64,000 bases of DNA. Origin: Felis catus. Its lineage: Eukaryota. Below, one piece after another: positions 1-12,950 of the stretch. A model generated the notes under the pieces. The model saw only the letters and a list, made by a program, of their open reading frames with translations, had not been told where the DNA came from and made no database searches. The position numbers were made by a program, and so were the translations under genes. The stretch is taken from NCBI RefSeq assembly GCF_018350175.1, contig NC_058368.1, forward strand, positions 238,082,001 through 238,146,000. The letters are read 5' to 3'. How positions within the stretch are numbered: position 1 is the stretch's first letter; each line of letters begins with the position of its first letter.

Positions 1-85
1 TGCAGCCACTTTTTAAAGTATCTGTCCAGCCAGCATCTGTTGAAGGTTTTAGGCACAGCACTGGGCACCAGAAGGGCAGCGATGG
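1..85 (-). pseudogene. GREB1-like near-terminal exon (AIAALLVPSAVPKTFNRCWLDRYFKKWLQ)
   Basis: cag acceptor at 86-88 (alternative gag near 108); resembles GREB1 ATLCVICQDRSSLRQTVVRLELEDEW; phase link to the previous exon uncertain. Confidence 0.45.
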
Positions 86-199
86 CTGAGACGTGGGTCA
101 GCGATCACTCAAAACAGAAAGTGATTACAGAGACAGGAGTCAAGAATAGCGGGACAGAAGGAACGTTTTCAGACTTTTCCTACATATTTCCCAGCATAT

Positions 200-330
200 C
201 TATCCATTCTTCAACAAATGCTTCTTACATGTCTAACGTTTGCTGAGCACCATGCTGGGAGCTGAGGCCACAAATGTTAGGGGAAAGTGAAGGTTGTGGC
301 CCTCAAGAAGTTAGTCTAGTGGGAACACTA
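200..330 (-). mobile_element. L2 3'-end remnant
   Basis: cattcttcaacaaat...tgagcaccatgctggg...ccctcaagaagt...tctagtggga resembles the L2 terminus. Confidence 0.5.
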
Positions 331-880
331 ATGGAGTCGTCAATCACACAAATGCATGTAAAGTTAGACCTGTGCTCATCCGTGGCTCAGGAGTGCACAG
401 GGCTCTGGGACATCACGGTAGATTCCACCTTCCCGGGGAGGTCAGACACAACTTGCCAAGGAAGGGACAGCAGAGCTGAGCCGTGCTAGGACAGATCGAT
501 TAAGGATGGCCATAAACTCTGCCAAGAGCCCCGATCTCCTCCTTCTCCTCTCCATGTAGGGCTGGCCCCAGGCTCTCACCACGACGAGGAGTAACTGCAG
601 AGGTAACGGCCACGTGACCCCCAGGGCCAGGTGAGGAAAGGCTGCGGCTGTGGCCGCGGTGTCTAGACTCACTCACTCGTTCCTGCGTCCGCTCTTGGAA
701 CTCAGCCGCCGTGCTGAGAGCAGCCCAAGCCACATGCAGCAGCCGTCACCGAGGGCCCCCGGACGGACAGCAGGCGGTATCGCCGGCCACCTTGGAGACC
801 CAGCCCGACTGAGCTTTCAGACGCCTGCAGCCCAGCCTGCACCTGCCCGCAGCATGTGAGCAGCCCGGAGCGAGAATCAC

Positions 881-954
881 CAAGATGAGCCCTTCCAGAA
901 CTCCTGGCCCAACAGACCCTGTGGCCATAACAACCGGTTGTCGCTCTGTATGCA
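881..954 (-). pseudogene. GREB1-like exon (MHTERQPVVMATGSVGPGVLEGLIL)
   Basis: tag acceptor and gtgatt donor, phase 1 to 0; resembles KNHDHPVLSV...SGLLL. Confidence 0.6.
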
Positions 955-3900
955 CTAAATGTTGGCGTTGTGCTGCACAGTATTAGAGACCCGGGACCGA
1001 ATGTGGCCCTAGGAGGTGAGATGAGAACAAAACCTGAGAACATGGCATTGGTTTTGAGACGAGGTGCAGACAGAAGTTGAACGGCCCTGACGAGACTGTC
1101 GGAAGGCCTCGAGGACAGAGAGGAGGGTGGGGCCGGAAGCCAGAGAAAAGGAGCCCCTGTTGTGTGGGGCACAGGCTTGTAGAAAATGTACCTGACGGTC
1201 ACTAAGGACATCTTGAGGGGCAATACTGGAAGTACCTCCCACCTCCTTGCTGCCTGTGAAGACGGGGCTGGAGGAGAGACGGAGTGGAGACAGTGGACTT
1301 AGCTTTTTAGCAGAATGAGCGTGAAACGTAAAGGGGCCAGGATAGTCTGTGCAGCCAGCAAATGGCTCACAATGCAGAGCTGGCCTCGGGGCAAAGGTCA
1401 AAGTGCCAGGAAAATAGAGCCTCAGGGAATTCAAGGCACAGCTCTGAGACCCTTCAAACGCGTATCAGAATGATTCAAGGTAAGATATCACACACCCTCT
1501 CCATCAAACAAACAAAAATAGCCCTACGGACAGGAGTGCTTCAAAGACCCGGCAGGACATTACTCTGTGCCGCCTCACAGGCAGCCAAGGCAGAGGAGGG
1601 TTTAGCTTGAATAGATTAGTGAATGTGCCTTGGTCTAATGGAATGGATTATAAATTGATACATAAAACCCCACGGAGTTTTTAAATGAATTAACACACTT
1701 GACTGACAAGGGCCTGGGCGGGACTGGGAACTCACGGTAGAAGTGACGACACGTGCCTGGAAGGATTCAGAAAAAGTGTCTCCAGTGGCTCCCCGCACCT
1801 CCTTCTCCCCTTTCAGAGCGGGGGGGGGGGGGGGTCCATCACGGCATCCCTCACTCAGTGTCACTGCTCTGTGCTGGGTGTATGGCAGGAAATCTGTTTA
1901 AATTAGGGGACTCGGGAGCAAGAGAAAGTGCACTTGAAACATAGGGTTTGAGCTGTGGGTTTTGTGGATAAAGAGGAAACCAATCACAAAATAAATTTTC
2001 ACGGAGGGGTAGAACAAGAGGGACATTCTGGAAAACAAGATTGTAAACATGCTAAGAAGTGCCATTAAAACAAAGTCAGCAACTGGAAGAATTCACTCCC
2101 GAGGAAATAGAAATCATAAAACACTCTAAAGAGAACTTTAGGATTAGTATGTTTAACATTTAAAAAAAAAAAAAGAGCAAACAGGAAATGTATAAAGGGC
2201 CACCATAAATCAAGGACAACTGAATGTTAAGAACTAATTTAAAATGCTAAAAGTGAAAAACATGTAGCTCGTTGGAGAAGTAAATGTGAAATAAGTACAT
2301 GGAAGGACGCGCATGCTTATCTTTTAGAAATTGTCTGTGAAAGCGAGGGCGACGGGATAGGAAAACAGGTGTGGTCCGAGGAGGGGCCCTCAACACCACC
2401 ACCAAGGGAAAAGCCTGAGCATAATTGCAAAGATACCAAGGATGGTGACAGGTGGCATGTTCGAGAGCCAAAGGGTATAATCCACAGGGCAAGTCTCGTG
2501 AATTAGTGAGAGTGGGACCTGAAACCAGGTGGAAAGAATACTTTTGTGGGGAAGCGTACAGCTTCTCTACAGGAACAAAAACCAAACGTAGGGTGGCACT
2601 TGATCTCTGGCGGTCTCTGTTATCTCCAACATCGGGAGATGAGACCAAAGCTGGGCGCTGTTGGAGGAGGCTCTGAGAACAGGAGGTTGGGAGTAGCAGA
2701 GTCGAGGGTGGGCGACAAGCGGTCATGAGCACAGAGGGGGACACTGGGGATGAGGAGGCCTATTTGCAGCCAGGGATCCTTGGATGTGTAAGCAGGCCCA
2801 GCCATCCTGCCGTGGGACTCTTCCCAAGCACTGGCTTCTGACCTAGATCCCTTTTCTAGGGGGCTTAGCTTAAAGGAGCAGCGCCATGACTAAATGCTCA
2901 CTGAGCATCTCCAATGTCACTACCAGCCTGAAGAGACACCAGGGTAAGCCTCCGGCAATGGGAGAACACCTCCAGGTACAGTGTTTCTCCTGTTGAACTC
3001 TTGAAGTAATTCTAATTATGCCAGTCTCAACTCATTCCGTTGCCAATAGAATTCATTATCTCCTATTTCCTATATTACCTCCTTGAATCTTTTTTTTTTT
3101 CAGAGCACTTTACAATCTGATTTTTCTCAGTGCGCGCCATAACTTTTGGAACCTTCCTCCGGAAGTGCTGATCTCAGTGGGTTGTATGAGAAGGACAGCA
3201 CTAAGGGGTCAGTGATCAAAGGAATTCCAATTCCAAATTAAAAAAAAAAAAAGTAGTAGGATCTGGCCAGTGCCAGGCTTTGTCAGGGTTGGGATGAAAA
3301 CGAACCACATGTGGGAATGTGACACCAGACCAGGACGTTGCTGGCCCCTGGAACATGGAGTCTCAGCCGGATAAGAAACAGGAAAGCGGGTTGGGGAATG
3401 GGCGTGTCCACCAAGATCAAGGGCCGTCTTCGAGTCGTGAGACAGTAACTCTCAGATGTACAGTTTGGCGAGGCCAGGCCATGTGGATGCTGACCTGGTC
3501 CAGGACAGAGGACAGTGCAGTGGAGGAGAACCCTGAGCCAGATGCAAATGATGGTCACCCAAGGGAAAGATGTGGCAGAGCCACTGTGGGAGCCCTGAGG
3601 GAGGGATGGCTTGCTTTTGGAGCACGTGAGTGAAGACCCCGATATCTAAGGGGAGCAGAAGCAACCATCCTGCAGCCAAGGGGGAGGGGAGCATGACATC
3701 CCACACTCGGTGGCTCCACCAAACCCAGTCCAGCTCGCGCTAGTGATGGACTCGGGCAGAACCCTTGCAAAGCCCCCATTGCCCCGCTGGAAAACGGAGG
3801 TGACAATTTGGGACTGCGGGAGGACTGAACGATCTGCTGGTCTCCCAGAGTGGGCCTACACGTCTGGTACGGTGAAGACCACGATAATGTGTGCCATTGC

Positions 3901-4430
3901 AGCTCGCGGCCATAAGAGAACAGCAGGGTCTCACCACGTGCCACACGCTGTGCTGGAAGCCGGGAACGAGAAGCTAACGGAGTCACGAGTGTGCAAGGGA
4001 GGCAGGATGGCAGGTCGACGGGAGGGATGACCCTGTGCGGAAAACTGGAAGGTCCCAGGCACGTTGGGAGAAAAGGTCCCCAGGAAACTGCACGTTCATA
4101 GGCACGTGTGGCCCGGCCATTGCTTGGGAGACAGTTTCAACAGAGTAAAGGCCATTTCCGATGACGTGACGCAAGCCAAGTGGGAGAGAGATGAAGGAGG
4201 GTACATCACACTTCTGCTGGGTAAGCGCGTGCGTTCTTCCTAGCACTTCCAGGGACTGAAAACCTCCCTCGACCTCCCTAAACATCATTGTTACATCTCC
4301 TTTCCCCTCCCAGAGGTAAGAAAGTGAGCCTGGGATTGTCTGTCGAGACACGCAGACAACCCTCAGCAGTCGGCAGATGGGAGGAGAAACAAGCTGTATC
4401 TTAGCAACAGGACAAACATTTCCTGCTTAC

Positions 4431-4550
4431 TTTTTATTAACATCTTAGGCTCTGATTCAAGAATCCTGTAGGAGTTAGTTTCTGTCACCACACAACTTCT
4501 AAGTAGTATCTTTGGAAAATCCTCATGGCAGATAAAATCCAAGATGTTTG
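4431..4550 (-). pseudogene. GREB1-like exon (ANILDFICHEDFPKILLRSCVVTETNSYRILESEPKMLIK)
   Basis: cccttag acceptor and gtaagc donor, 120 nt open, phase 1 to 1; FICHED vs GREB1 YICAPD. Confidence 0.7.
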
Positions 4551-5494
4551 CTAAGGGACAGGGCAAAACTTTTTTTTCCGTTTGAGCAAACAGTGAGAAC
4601 CCAGTTAGATCTTCAGTGGTCACTTAACATCGGCGCCTGGTAACTCATGAGGACAAATCATAGCACGGTCATTCGCTATTACCTGGACGAACATCAGGGA
4701 TGAGGTAGAGTCCACAGCCGGTTTGCCAAGAGTCATTCCTAGAGATCGGCAATTCCATTTCCCTTGTTGTCACGTGGCAAAGAGTGTCGATCCCCAAAGC
4801 TAGAGCTGGGGAGGAGACACGACTCACCACGAGGACAGCCGGCCACAGGGAAGCAGCAGAAAACACGCACACGAGTTGTCAACGTGTTTGCTCATTTGGA
4901 AAGTTGTAAAATCACCAGCGAACATGGCCTGTGTCTGAGAGTCTGGGTCCACGTGAGAATGAGGACGGAACGTAGGGCTCAAGGAGCACGGTGCCTGCTG
5001 GACACCTGCCTCTTCTGGAAAAGGGGACGAGCCTCAGAGAGGCGAGGCGGCTCCCCTGGGGCCACCCGGCAGCCACCTGCCCAGCAAGGCTGCTGTCCCA
5101 CGCCATGACTCCAGGTCTGCACGTGTCACACACTGCACCCTGTCACACCACTCGCCAGTCCTCTCCAGGCTGTGCAGTGAGAGCTGAAAGTCCCCGGCAC
5201 CTTGAGGCCCTGGGCAGGGAGATTCCGAAGCAGCCAGCCTCCGAAGAGAGGCCAGCGGGATGGTCGTACGGCACACAGACCCTGGAAACCAGACGGAGCG
5301 TGTGTGCTCAGTCTCCCGTCCGCCTACCCCCGACGTCGTATATAACAACAATTTTCTGAACATATGTCTATGACCTTTCCCTAAAACTTGCCCTAAGCTT
5401 CTGACCTGTTGGCAAAACTTTATTTCATCCTTCATGACACAAGACATGGTCCGTACGTATGCTCTGGAATGCTGGATGGGTTTCCAGAGCGGCA

Positions 5495-5715
5495 AAGGGA
5501 GGTGATGTAAAAACTAAGGAAATCTGAATGAAATATGGACTGTAGTTAATAATAATGTGTCCGTGTTAGTTCACCACACGCAACAGAATAAACATTCTAA
5601 TAGAAAACGTTAGTAATAGGAGAAGCTGAGTGCAAGATACATGGGGGCTGTCTGTGCCAACTTCACAATTTTCCCGTGAATCCGAAACATTTTTGAGAAG
5701 TAGAGTTTATTTTAA
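5495..5715 (+). mobile_element. L1MC-type 3' UTR fragment
   Basis: aaatctgaatgaaatatggactgtagttaataataatgt...tgtgccaacttcacaattttc resembles L1MC tails. Confidence 0.6.
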
Positions 5716-5730
5716 AGCTAGAGCGTTAAC

Positions 5731-5869
5731 CATGCTGTTACAAACTAACAGATAGCAGATGGGGGGCAGCCTCTCAAGAAGGCGACAGACAACGCCCATC
5801 AGAATCATCGATTTTACTGTCTTTCCACCCAGAAACTCCCCACTTCGGGTGTCGAGTCTAAAACATGTT
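5731..5869 (-). pseudogene. GREB1-like exon with stops (NMF*TRHPKWGVSGWKDSKI...)
   Basis: ctttag acceptor and gttaac donor, phase 0 to 1 fits both neighbours; resembles NRFSVMKKQIVVGG; TAG at 5860-5858. Confidence 0.55.
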
Positions 5870-6392
5870 CTAAAGTCCCAAAAAGTGTTATGGACAAAAG
5901 TGTTATTGAGATAGAACAGATAGTAGTTAAGCAAAACAGACAAGCCAGAGGAGATTGTGATGGAGTCTTAGGAGAGAACATAACGTTGTAAATCAAGTTC
6001 CAGACAAATCCGAATGACAGAAGAAATGCTTTGACCGCCACGTCATAGTGCCTTACAGAAAGTCACTGACGCATTCCCAGGAATTACCTCTGGGAGTGAC
6101 GCTAGCATTGATTTTAAGTTTCATCTTTGCTCATTTATGATTTCAGAATTTTTTATACTGAGGAAATGTTTCTGGAATAAGGAAAACATAAAAATAGAGT
6201 AAAAGGATTAAAGTGAAATGGAAACATTAACACTTGTTTTCTATTTCTAAGTAGTAAACTATGTATAAACTCTGTAAGTATAAACTATGCATTGCTGAGT
6301 ATTAACCATGCCAGACTTGATTTTCCACAATCTTTGAATTCAGATGTAAAATCAGCAAGGGGAATCACACTTTACAAAGCTTCTGTTTTAAA

Positions 6393-6686
6393 ATTTTTTT
6401 AATATTGGGGCCCCTGGGTGACTCAGTCGGTTGAGCGTCCGACTTCAGCTCAGGTCATGATCAAAAATTTTTAATGTTTATTTATTTTTTGAGAGAAGGA
6501 GAGAGAGCGCGTGCATGCACATGAGTGGGGGAGGGGCAGAGAGAGAGGGAGACACAGAATCCGAAGCAGGCTCCAGGCTGCGAGCCGTCAGCACAGAGCC
6601 CCATGCGGGGCTCGAACTCAGGAACAGTGAGATCATGACCCGAGCCAAAGTCAGACACTTAACCGACAGAGCCACCCAGGCGCCCT
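6393..6686 (-). mobile_element. Can-SINE (minus) with a plus-strand SINE head fragment (about 6407-6462) in its tail
   Basis: Reverse-complement SINEC sequence; TSD acaaagct(t/c)ctgttttaaaa on both sides. Confidence 0.9.
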
Positions 6687-6716
6687 GACAAAGCTCCTGT
6701 TTTAAAATAGCTTTTC

Positions 6717-6935
6717 CTGGGCGTCTGGATGGCTCAGCCAGTTGAGCATCTGACTCTTGATTTTGGCTCAGGTCATGATCCCAGGTTCCTAAGATGGACC
6801 CCCACATCTGGCTCCTCTCTGAACATGGAACCTGCTTGAGATTTCTCTTTCTCTCCCTCTGCCCTCTCCCCTGCTTGCACTCTCTCTCCCTCTCTAAAAT
6901 GAAATTTAAAAATAAATAAATTAATTAATTAAATT
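6717..6935 (+). mobile_element. Can-SINE (older subfamily)
   Basis: tRNA-derived head, (CT)n tract, A-rich tail. Confidence 0.9.
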
Positions 6936-7048
6936 AAATCGTTTTTTCTCACAACTCTCTGTGTCAGTGGACAGAGGGCCAGGGCCTGACTGCTGAGTAA
7001 GCTGAGCTGGAAGGTTCTCCTGAGAAATCTAAGGACTTCAGATCGTAC

Positions 7049-7186
7049 CTTGATGAAATAAACAATCGATTCAGCTCTTTCCACCCTCCACCTGTAGGTC
7101 TGAAGAATGCATTTGTACCTAACTTTGAACGTGGCAATGAATTCTGCATCAAGCATGCGGATGATTAAATGACACAAGTGTATTAC
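7049..7186 (-). pseudogene. GREB1-like glycosyltransferase-region exon (VIHLCHLIIRMLDAEFIATFKVRYKCILQTYRWRVERAESIVYFIK)
   Basis: cccacag acceptor and gtacga donor, 138 nt open; aligns with CHVHNFIILNVD...RFLCDDVDFNLRVHSAG. Confidence 0.7.
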
Positions 7187-7269
7187 CTGTGGGCAAACGC
7201 AGCTGTCACATAACACACAGGAGCAGCTCTTCTAGCTGGGAACAGCCTGGGCAACACTGAGGTCATCCC

Positions 7270-7604
7270 GATTTGAAATAATGCCGTGGAATTCTTAGCA
7301 CACGTCTTGAGAATGCTGAAGACAGGTGATAGGAACTTCTGCCTGATGTCTTGTTTCCAGGGCAACACTTCTAATAATGCCACCTTCTGCAAGAAACAAT
7401 GGTGATACCTGAGGACTTCTGAACTGTGCCTATTCTACGTCCTGGTACTTTAAAACATGACACTGCATTTCCAGAATCAGTCTTGGGTAAAACTGGAATT
7501 CTTAGAGATATAATATCGAGAAGTCATAAGATGGCTCGGAACAAGCAATAATGCAATATTTCTCCCCAGTGCTCTGCTGTGGTGCTGATATCAACCAGGA
7601 AATA
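7270..7604 (-). pseudogene. GREB1-like glycosyltransferase-region exon(s), frameshifted (YFLVDIS...; KVALLEVLPWKQDIRQKFLSPVFS)
   Basis: KVALLEVLPWKQDIRQKFLSPVFS vs HYALLGLRKWSSKTRASEVQEPFS (7/24 identical, ungapped); internal boundaries uncertain. Confidence 0.6.
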
Positions 7605-8008
7605 CTAACACATATTTTTTATCTTAAATTTTATCCTAGATGGACGCGATGTGGTGGAGTGAGACGCTACTCAAATCTCCCCCAAAAGCAATGACACAGT
7701 GGACAATGTTGTCCAGGGCGATATTCTTTGGGACTCTAGAAATCAAATAAAAGCATACCAGAAATGAGAAACATGTATTCAAGAAACACTGCTGAACATC
7801 AAATGCCACTGGGGTATATGGTGTTTGTCTAGGGCTTCCTCAACCCCGCATACCCCCAGTTTCCAGGGGCTGGTGGCTCACGGTTTTCCCCACGCTGGGT
7901 GGGCAGTGGAAACCAGCACCTCGGCCATGAAGGAGCTGGCTTCATTTGGAGTGATGTGCAGTGTTGAACAGAAAAGCCATCTCTGCAGCAAAACCAAGCA
8001 AGCCACCC

Positions 8009-8010
<2 letters not shown>

Positions 8011-8049
<39 letters not shown>
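8011..8049 (+). repeat. (AAC)n microsatellite
   Basis: About 13 perfect AAC units. Confidence 0.95.
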
Positions 8050-9357
8050 GAAACAGAAGGCGAACACTGTAGCAAGTCCTCTAATTGCCCAGCGTTGAAA
8101 TGCACAACCCAACCCACACACAGATTCACTGGCGAAGGATGGAAACTTCATTAGCTCAAGGTATTTGGGAACAACTTCTTATCAATCCTTGTCTGACTGT
8201 GAGGCTACAGCAGCCAGAAATGACCCCTGTGAAACCGGGCTTAAATACAAAAACAAGAGCTTTTAAAAATGGAACAAAGATATAAGAAGTAACAAACTTC
8301 AGGGATAACATAACTTGCAGAATTAGTCTAAGTCACTAAACAAACAGAACCAGCAAAAACAACAAACCCCAGAGAGGGGGAATCATAACCCAGAGTTGCC
8401 ACAATATGTCACCTAAAATAATCAAGTTTTACTACCCACTACAAGACATGGAAGAAAACTGGAGCATGTGATCCACACATGGGGTGAGAGGGAACTCTCT
8501 GCGAGGACCCAAACGTTGAAACTGGCAGACCAAGTCCTCGAAGCAGCTATTTTAAATATGCTCAAAGAATTGAGGAAATCATACTGAAAGAATTAAAAAC
8601 AAATATAATGATAACGAGTCACCAACAAAAAGAGATTCTTAAAACGACAAATTAGAAGAAATACTCTGGAGTTAAAGAGCACAGTAACCAAAGTGAAAAT
8701 TTCACTCAACAGAGTATACAAACACTCTGGTCAAATAAAGAATCAGCAAACTTAAAAACAGATCAAAAGAAAATATGCAGTTTGAAAAGCAAAAGTGAAC
8801 AAGAGTAAAGAAAATAAACAAAGATTCTGAAACCCACAGGACACCATCAACTATATCAATATATGTTTAAGAAGACTCATGGAAGGGTTAGAAAGTAGCA
8901 GAAAAATGTTGAGGAATATTGAAAAAGTATTGAAGCAGTATTGAGATACTATCGAAGAAATAATAGCTGAAAAGTTCCCAAATTTGATGAAAAATTCTGC
9001 ATGCCCGAGAAGCTCAATGGATTATAAATGAGATAAAAAGAGATCTGCACCTGGACACGTCATAGGCAAACTGCTCATAAACAAAACCAAAGAGAAAATT
9101 TCTAAAGGAGCCAGAGAAAAGCAACTCACTACATACAAGAAAACTACAGTGAGATTAACAGTTGACTTCTCATAAGGAATCATGCATGCATGAAGGTACT
9201 GAGATAAATTAAAGGTGCCAAAAGAAAAAACCTGTCAACCAAGAATTCTATAATAAGTAAAACTAGGCTTCGAAGACTTAAAGAAGTCTTTCTTAGAAAA
9301 ACAAATATTAAGAATATTGGCTTCTTTTACACTCATATTACAAGAAATAACTGAAGT

Positions 9358-9572
9358 AGGGGCGCCTAGGTGGCTCAGTCAGTTAAGTGTTGGACTCTTG
9401 ATTTTGGCTCAGGTCATGATCTCCCGGTTCATGGGTTCGAGTCCCACATCGGGCTCTGAAAAGATGCTGCTAAGTCTGCTTGAAATTCTGTCTCTCCTTC
9501 TCTCTGCCCCTCCCCCACTTGTGTGCATTCTGTCTAAATAAATAAATAAACATTAAAAAAATTTTTAAAAAG
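9358..9572 (+). mobile_element. Can-SINE inside L1
   Basis: SINEC head and tail; TSD agaa(a/g)taactgaag. Confidence 0.9.
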
Positions 9573-11414
9573 AAGTAACTGAAGGAAATCCTTCATACTG
9601 AAGGCAATGACACCAGATGATAACATAAGTGAATAAAAAACACCACTCAAGTTTTTATGCACATAAACATAAAGACAATATAAATATATTCTTTCTATTG
9701 TTTCTGAAGTTATGTAGAATATAATGACTCAAGATAATAATTAGAAAACTGTATTGTTTGCCTTATAATATATAAATGTATTATGTAAGACAGTCACAGC
9801 ACAAAGGCAATGAATCCCTATTGGAGAAAAGTGTCTATATTTTTCCAGAATTAAGCTAATGTTAACATAATGCAGATTGTGATAAGTAAATATGTTTACT
9901 GTAATCCCTAGAGCAGTGTTTCCCTAAGAAAATAGAACTAAAAAGGAATTACAAAATATTACATCAGAAAATTGCTACTTAACACAAAATAAAGCATTAA
10001 AGGAAGATCAAGGGAACAAAAAGACAACAATTAGCAAAGTGGCAGAAATAAATCCCACTGTGTTAACGAAACCATTAAATATAAGTGGATTAAATACTCC
10101 AGTTAGAAACCAGAGATTGGCTGCATTAAAAACAAAATGACAAGAAAAATAAGATCCAATGTTATTCCCTCTATAAGAAACACACTTTAGATTCAAAGAC
10201 ACAAAAAGCTTTAAAGGAGATGATTTAAAAATATACCATGCAAATAAGAGCCATACAGGAACCAGAGGAGCCATACTAATACCAGATGAAATGACTTTAT
10301 GGCAAAACACATTGCCAAAGAAAAAGAAGGATTCTTATGATAATAAAAGGATCAATTTACCCAAAAGACATAACAATTACAGACAAATACACACCTAACA
10401 ACAGAATGCAAAATATATGAAGCAAAACTAACAAAATTGAAAGAACAGACAATTCCATAATAGTAGTTGGACACCTCAGTATCCAAATCTGGATAATTGG
10501 TAGAAAATTACGTAGAAAATCAACAAGGATACAGAAGACTTGAACAACATTATTAACCAACTTGACCCAACTAACATCTAGCAAATACTCACCCCTCAGC
10601 AACAGTAGAATATATAACGTTTTCAAGCTCACAGAGAATAGTCTTCAATATAGACGATATACTAAGCCATAAAACGATGCAGTCGGTTTGAAAGGATTAA
10701 AATCAGAGTATGTTCTCTGACCACAATAAAATTACACATTTCATTAGAAATCAACAACAGAAATTTATGAAATCTAAAAATATCTGGCAATTAATAACTT
10801 TTAAATAACTCATGGATCAAAGAAGGAATCACAAAAGAATTTAGAAATATTTTTTAAATGAATAAAAATGAAAACGCAACATATCGAAATTTATGAGATA
10901 CAGCTAAAACAGTGTTTAGAAGGCAATTTCTAGTTTTAATAGTCTGTATTAGAAAAGAAAAATATCCCAGACCAGTTAACGTAAGGTTCCGTTTATAAAC
11001 TTAGGGGGAGGGAGAGAGCAAATTAAACCAAACCAATCAGATGAAAGCAAATAATAAAATAAGAGTGGTTATCAATCAAATAGAAGACAGGAAAAAAACA
11101 GAGTAATTATCAGTGAAAGCAAAAGTTGGTTCCTCACAATGACCAAGAAATTTAGCAAATCTTTACTTATACTGATGCATAGAAAAAAATAATGAAATTA
11201 CCAAAATGAAGAATAAAAGACAGCATTCATCACCAGTAACTTCATAGAAATTTAAAGGCTTATAAGGGGAATATGTTATTCTAACAAATTAGGCTAATTA
11301 GGAAGAATAGACAAGTTCCTAGGAAGATACCAATGCCCAAAGTCTTAACAAGAAAGGGAAAATATGAATAAACATCTTACAAATAAAGATATTGATTAGT
11401 AATTTTCTCTTAAG

Positions 11415-12950
11415 CCTTAAAATAGTCGACACAATATTGACGGAGAAAAACAAAGCTGGAGGACGGCACTATCCTACTGTGAGGACTCACTATAAATCTA
11501 TAGCAGTCGAGACAATACAGTATTGATGAAAGGAGACAAGCGGATCCCTGGAACAGCATAGAGAGACCCAAATAGACCCACTCAAATAGAGTCGACTGAT
11601 CCTTGACAAAGAGCAAAGACAATGCAGTGGAGCAAAACCCGTGTTTTCAACACGCGCTGGAAAACCGGGATGTCCACAAGCAAAAAACCGCACGTAGACA
11701 TTGACGTTATACAAAGCGTAACTCAACATGGATCATAAACCTTGGAAGTGGAGATGACTCTTTAGATAAAACACCAAAGATACGATCCACGAAAGAAAGA
11801 ACGGATAAGCTGGACCTCACTGAAATAAAAACCTTCTGCTCTCTGAAAGATAATGGCAGAGAGTAACAGAAGTCAGCCTGGGAGAAAATATTTGCAAAAG
11901 ACACATTGGATAAAGGACCGTCATCCAAAATATACAAAGAACTCGTAAAACTCAACAACAAGAAAACAAACAACTTGATTTAGAAATGGGCTGAAGACAC
12001 TAAGAGACACCTGAGCAAGGAAGATATATACAGGTGGCCAATTAGCATACGAAAAGTCGCTCCACACTTAATATCATCCGGGAAACATGACTTAAAGCAA
12101 TAAGATGCCATACACACCCATTAAATGATCAAAATCTGAAACACTGACAACACCAATGGCGGTGAGGATGTGGAACGACAGAAACTCTTTCACGGCTGGT
12201 GGGACTGCAGCTCTGAGAGCGTGGCAGTTTCTCACAAAACTAAACACATTCCTACCATAGGACCCAACAACCACACTCCTTGGCATTTACCCCATGGAGC
12301 GAAAACGTGTCCATACAAAAACCTGCACACAGCTGTCTATAGCAGCCTTGTTCATGATTGTCAAAACCTGGAAACAACCAAAAATGCCCTTCGGTACGTG
12401 AATAGACAAACTGGTGCATCCAGACAAAGAAACACTATTCAGCACCAAAAAGAAATGAGCTATCAAGCTGTAAAAAGACATGGACAAACCTTAGATGCGT
12501 ATCACTCAGTGAAGGAAATCGACCCGAAAACATTGCCTACTATATGATTCCAAGTTGAAGAGGCAAAACTACGGAGAGAAAAAAAAAACTTAGTGGTTGC
12601 TAGGGGATGGGGAGTGGATGAACGCGTAGCCCACAGAGGATGTTTAGGGCAGTGACTACGTATGGTGTAGAGAGAGTACGGCACTGTTATGGTGAAAACA
12701 TGTCATTATGCATTCGTTCAAACATCATCAAGGTTAAGGTACAGCATCACGGTTGAAGGTAAACTATGGACTTGGGATGCCAGTGATGTGTCTATGCAGG
12801 CTCATTGACTGTAACAAATCAACCACTCTGGATGGGGACATTGATAGTGGAGGAGGCTGTGTGTGAGTGGGGTCAGAGGGTACGTGAGACATCTCTAACT
12901 TTTTCTTAATTTTGCTATAAACCTAAAACTGCTCTTAAAAGATCATCTTA
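11415..12950 (+). mobile_element. 5'-truncated L1MC-type element nested in the older L1
   Basis: Late ORF2 plus L1MC-like 3' UTR (aaactatggacttggg...ataaacctaaaactgctcttaaaa); host L1 resumes afterwards. Confidence 0.75.

Noticed and set aside
7825..8154. ORFs with poly-Thr, poly-Val, poly-Leu or poly-Cys tracts
   Set aside because: Translations of the (AAC)n microsatellite in the L1 5' region.
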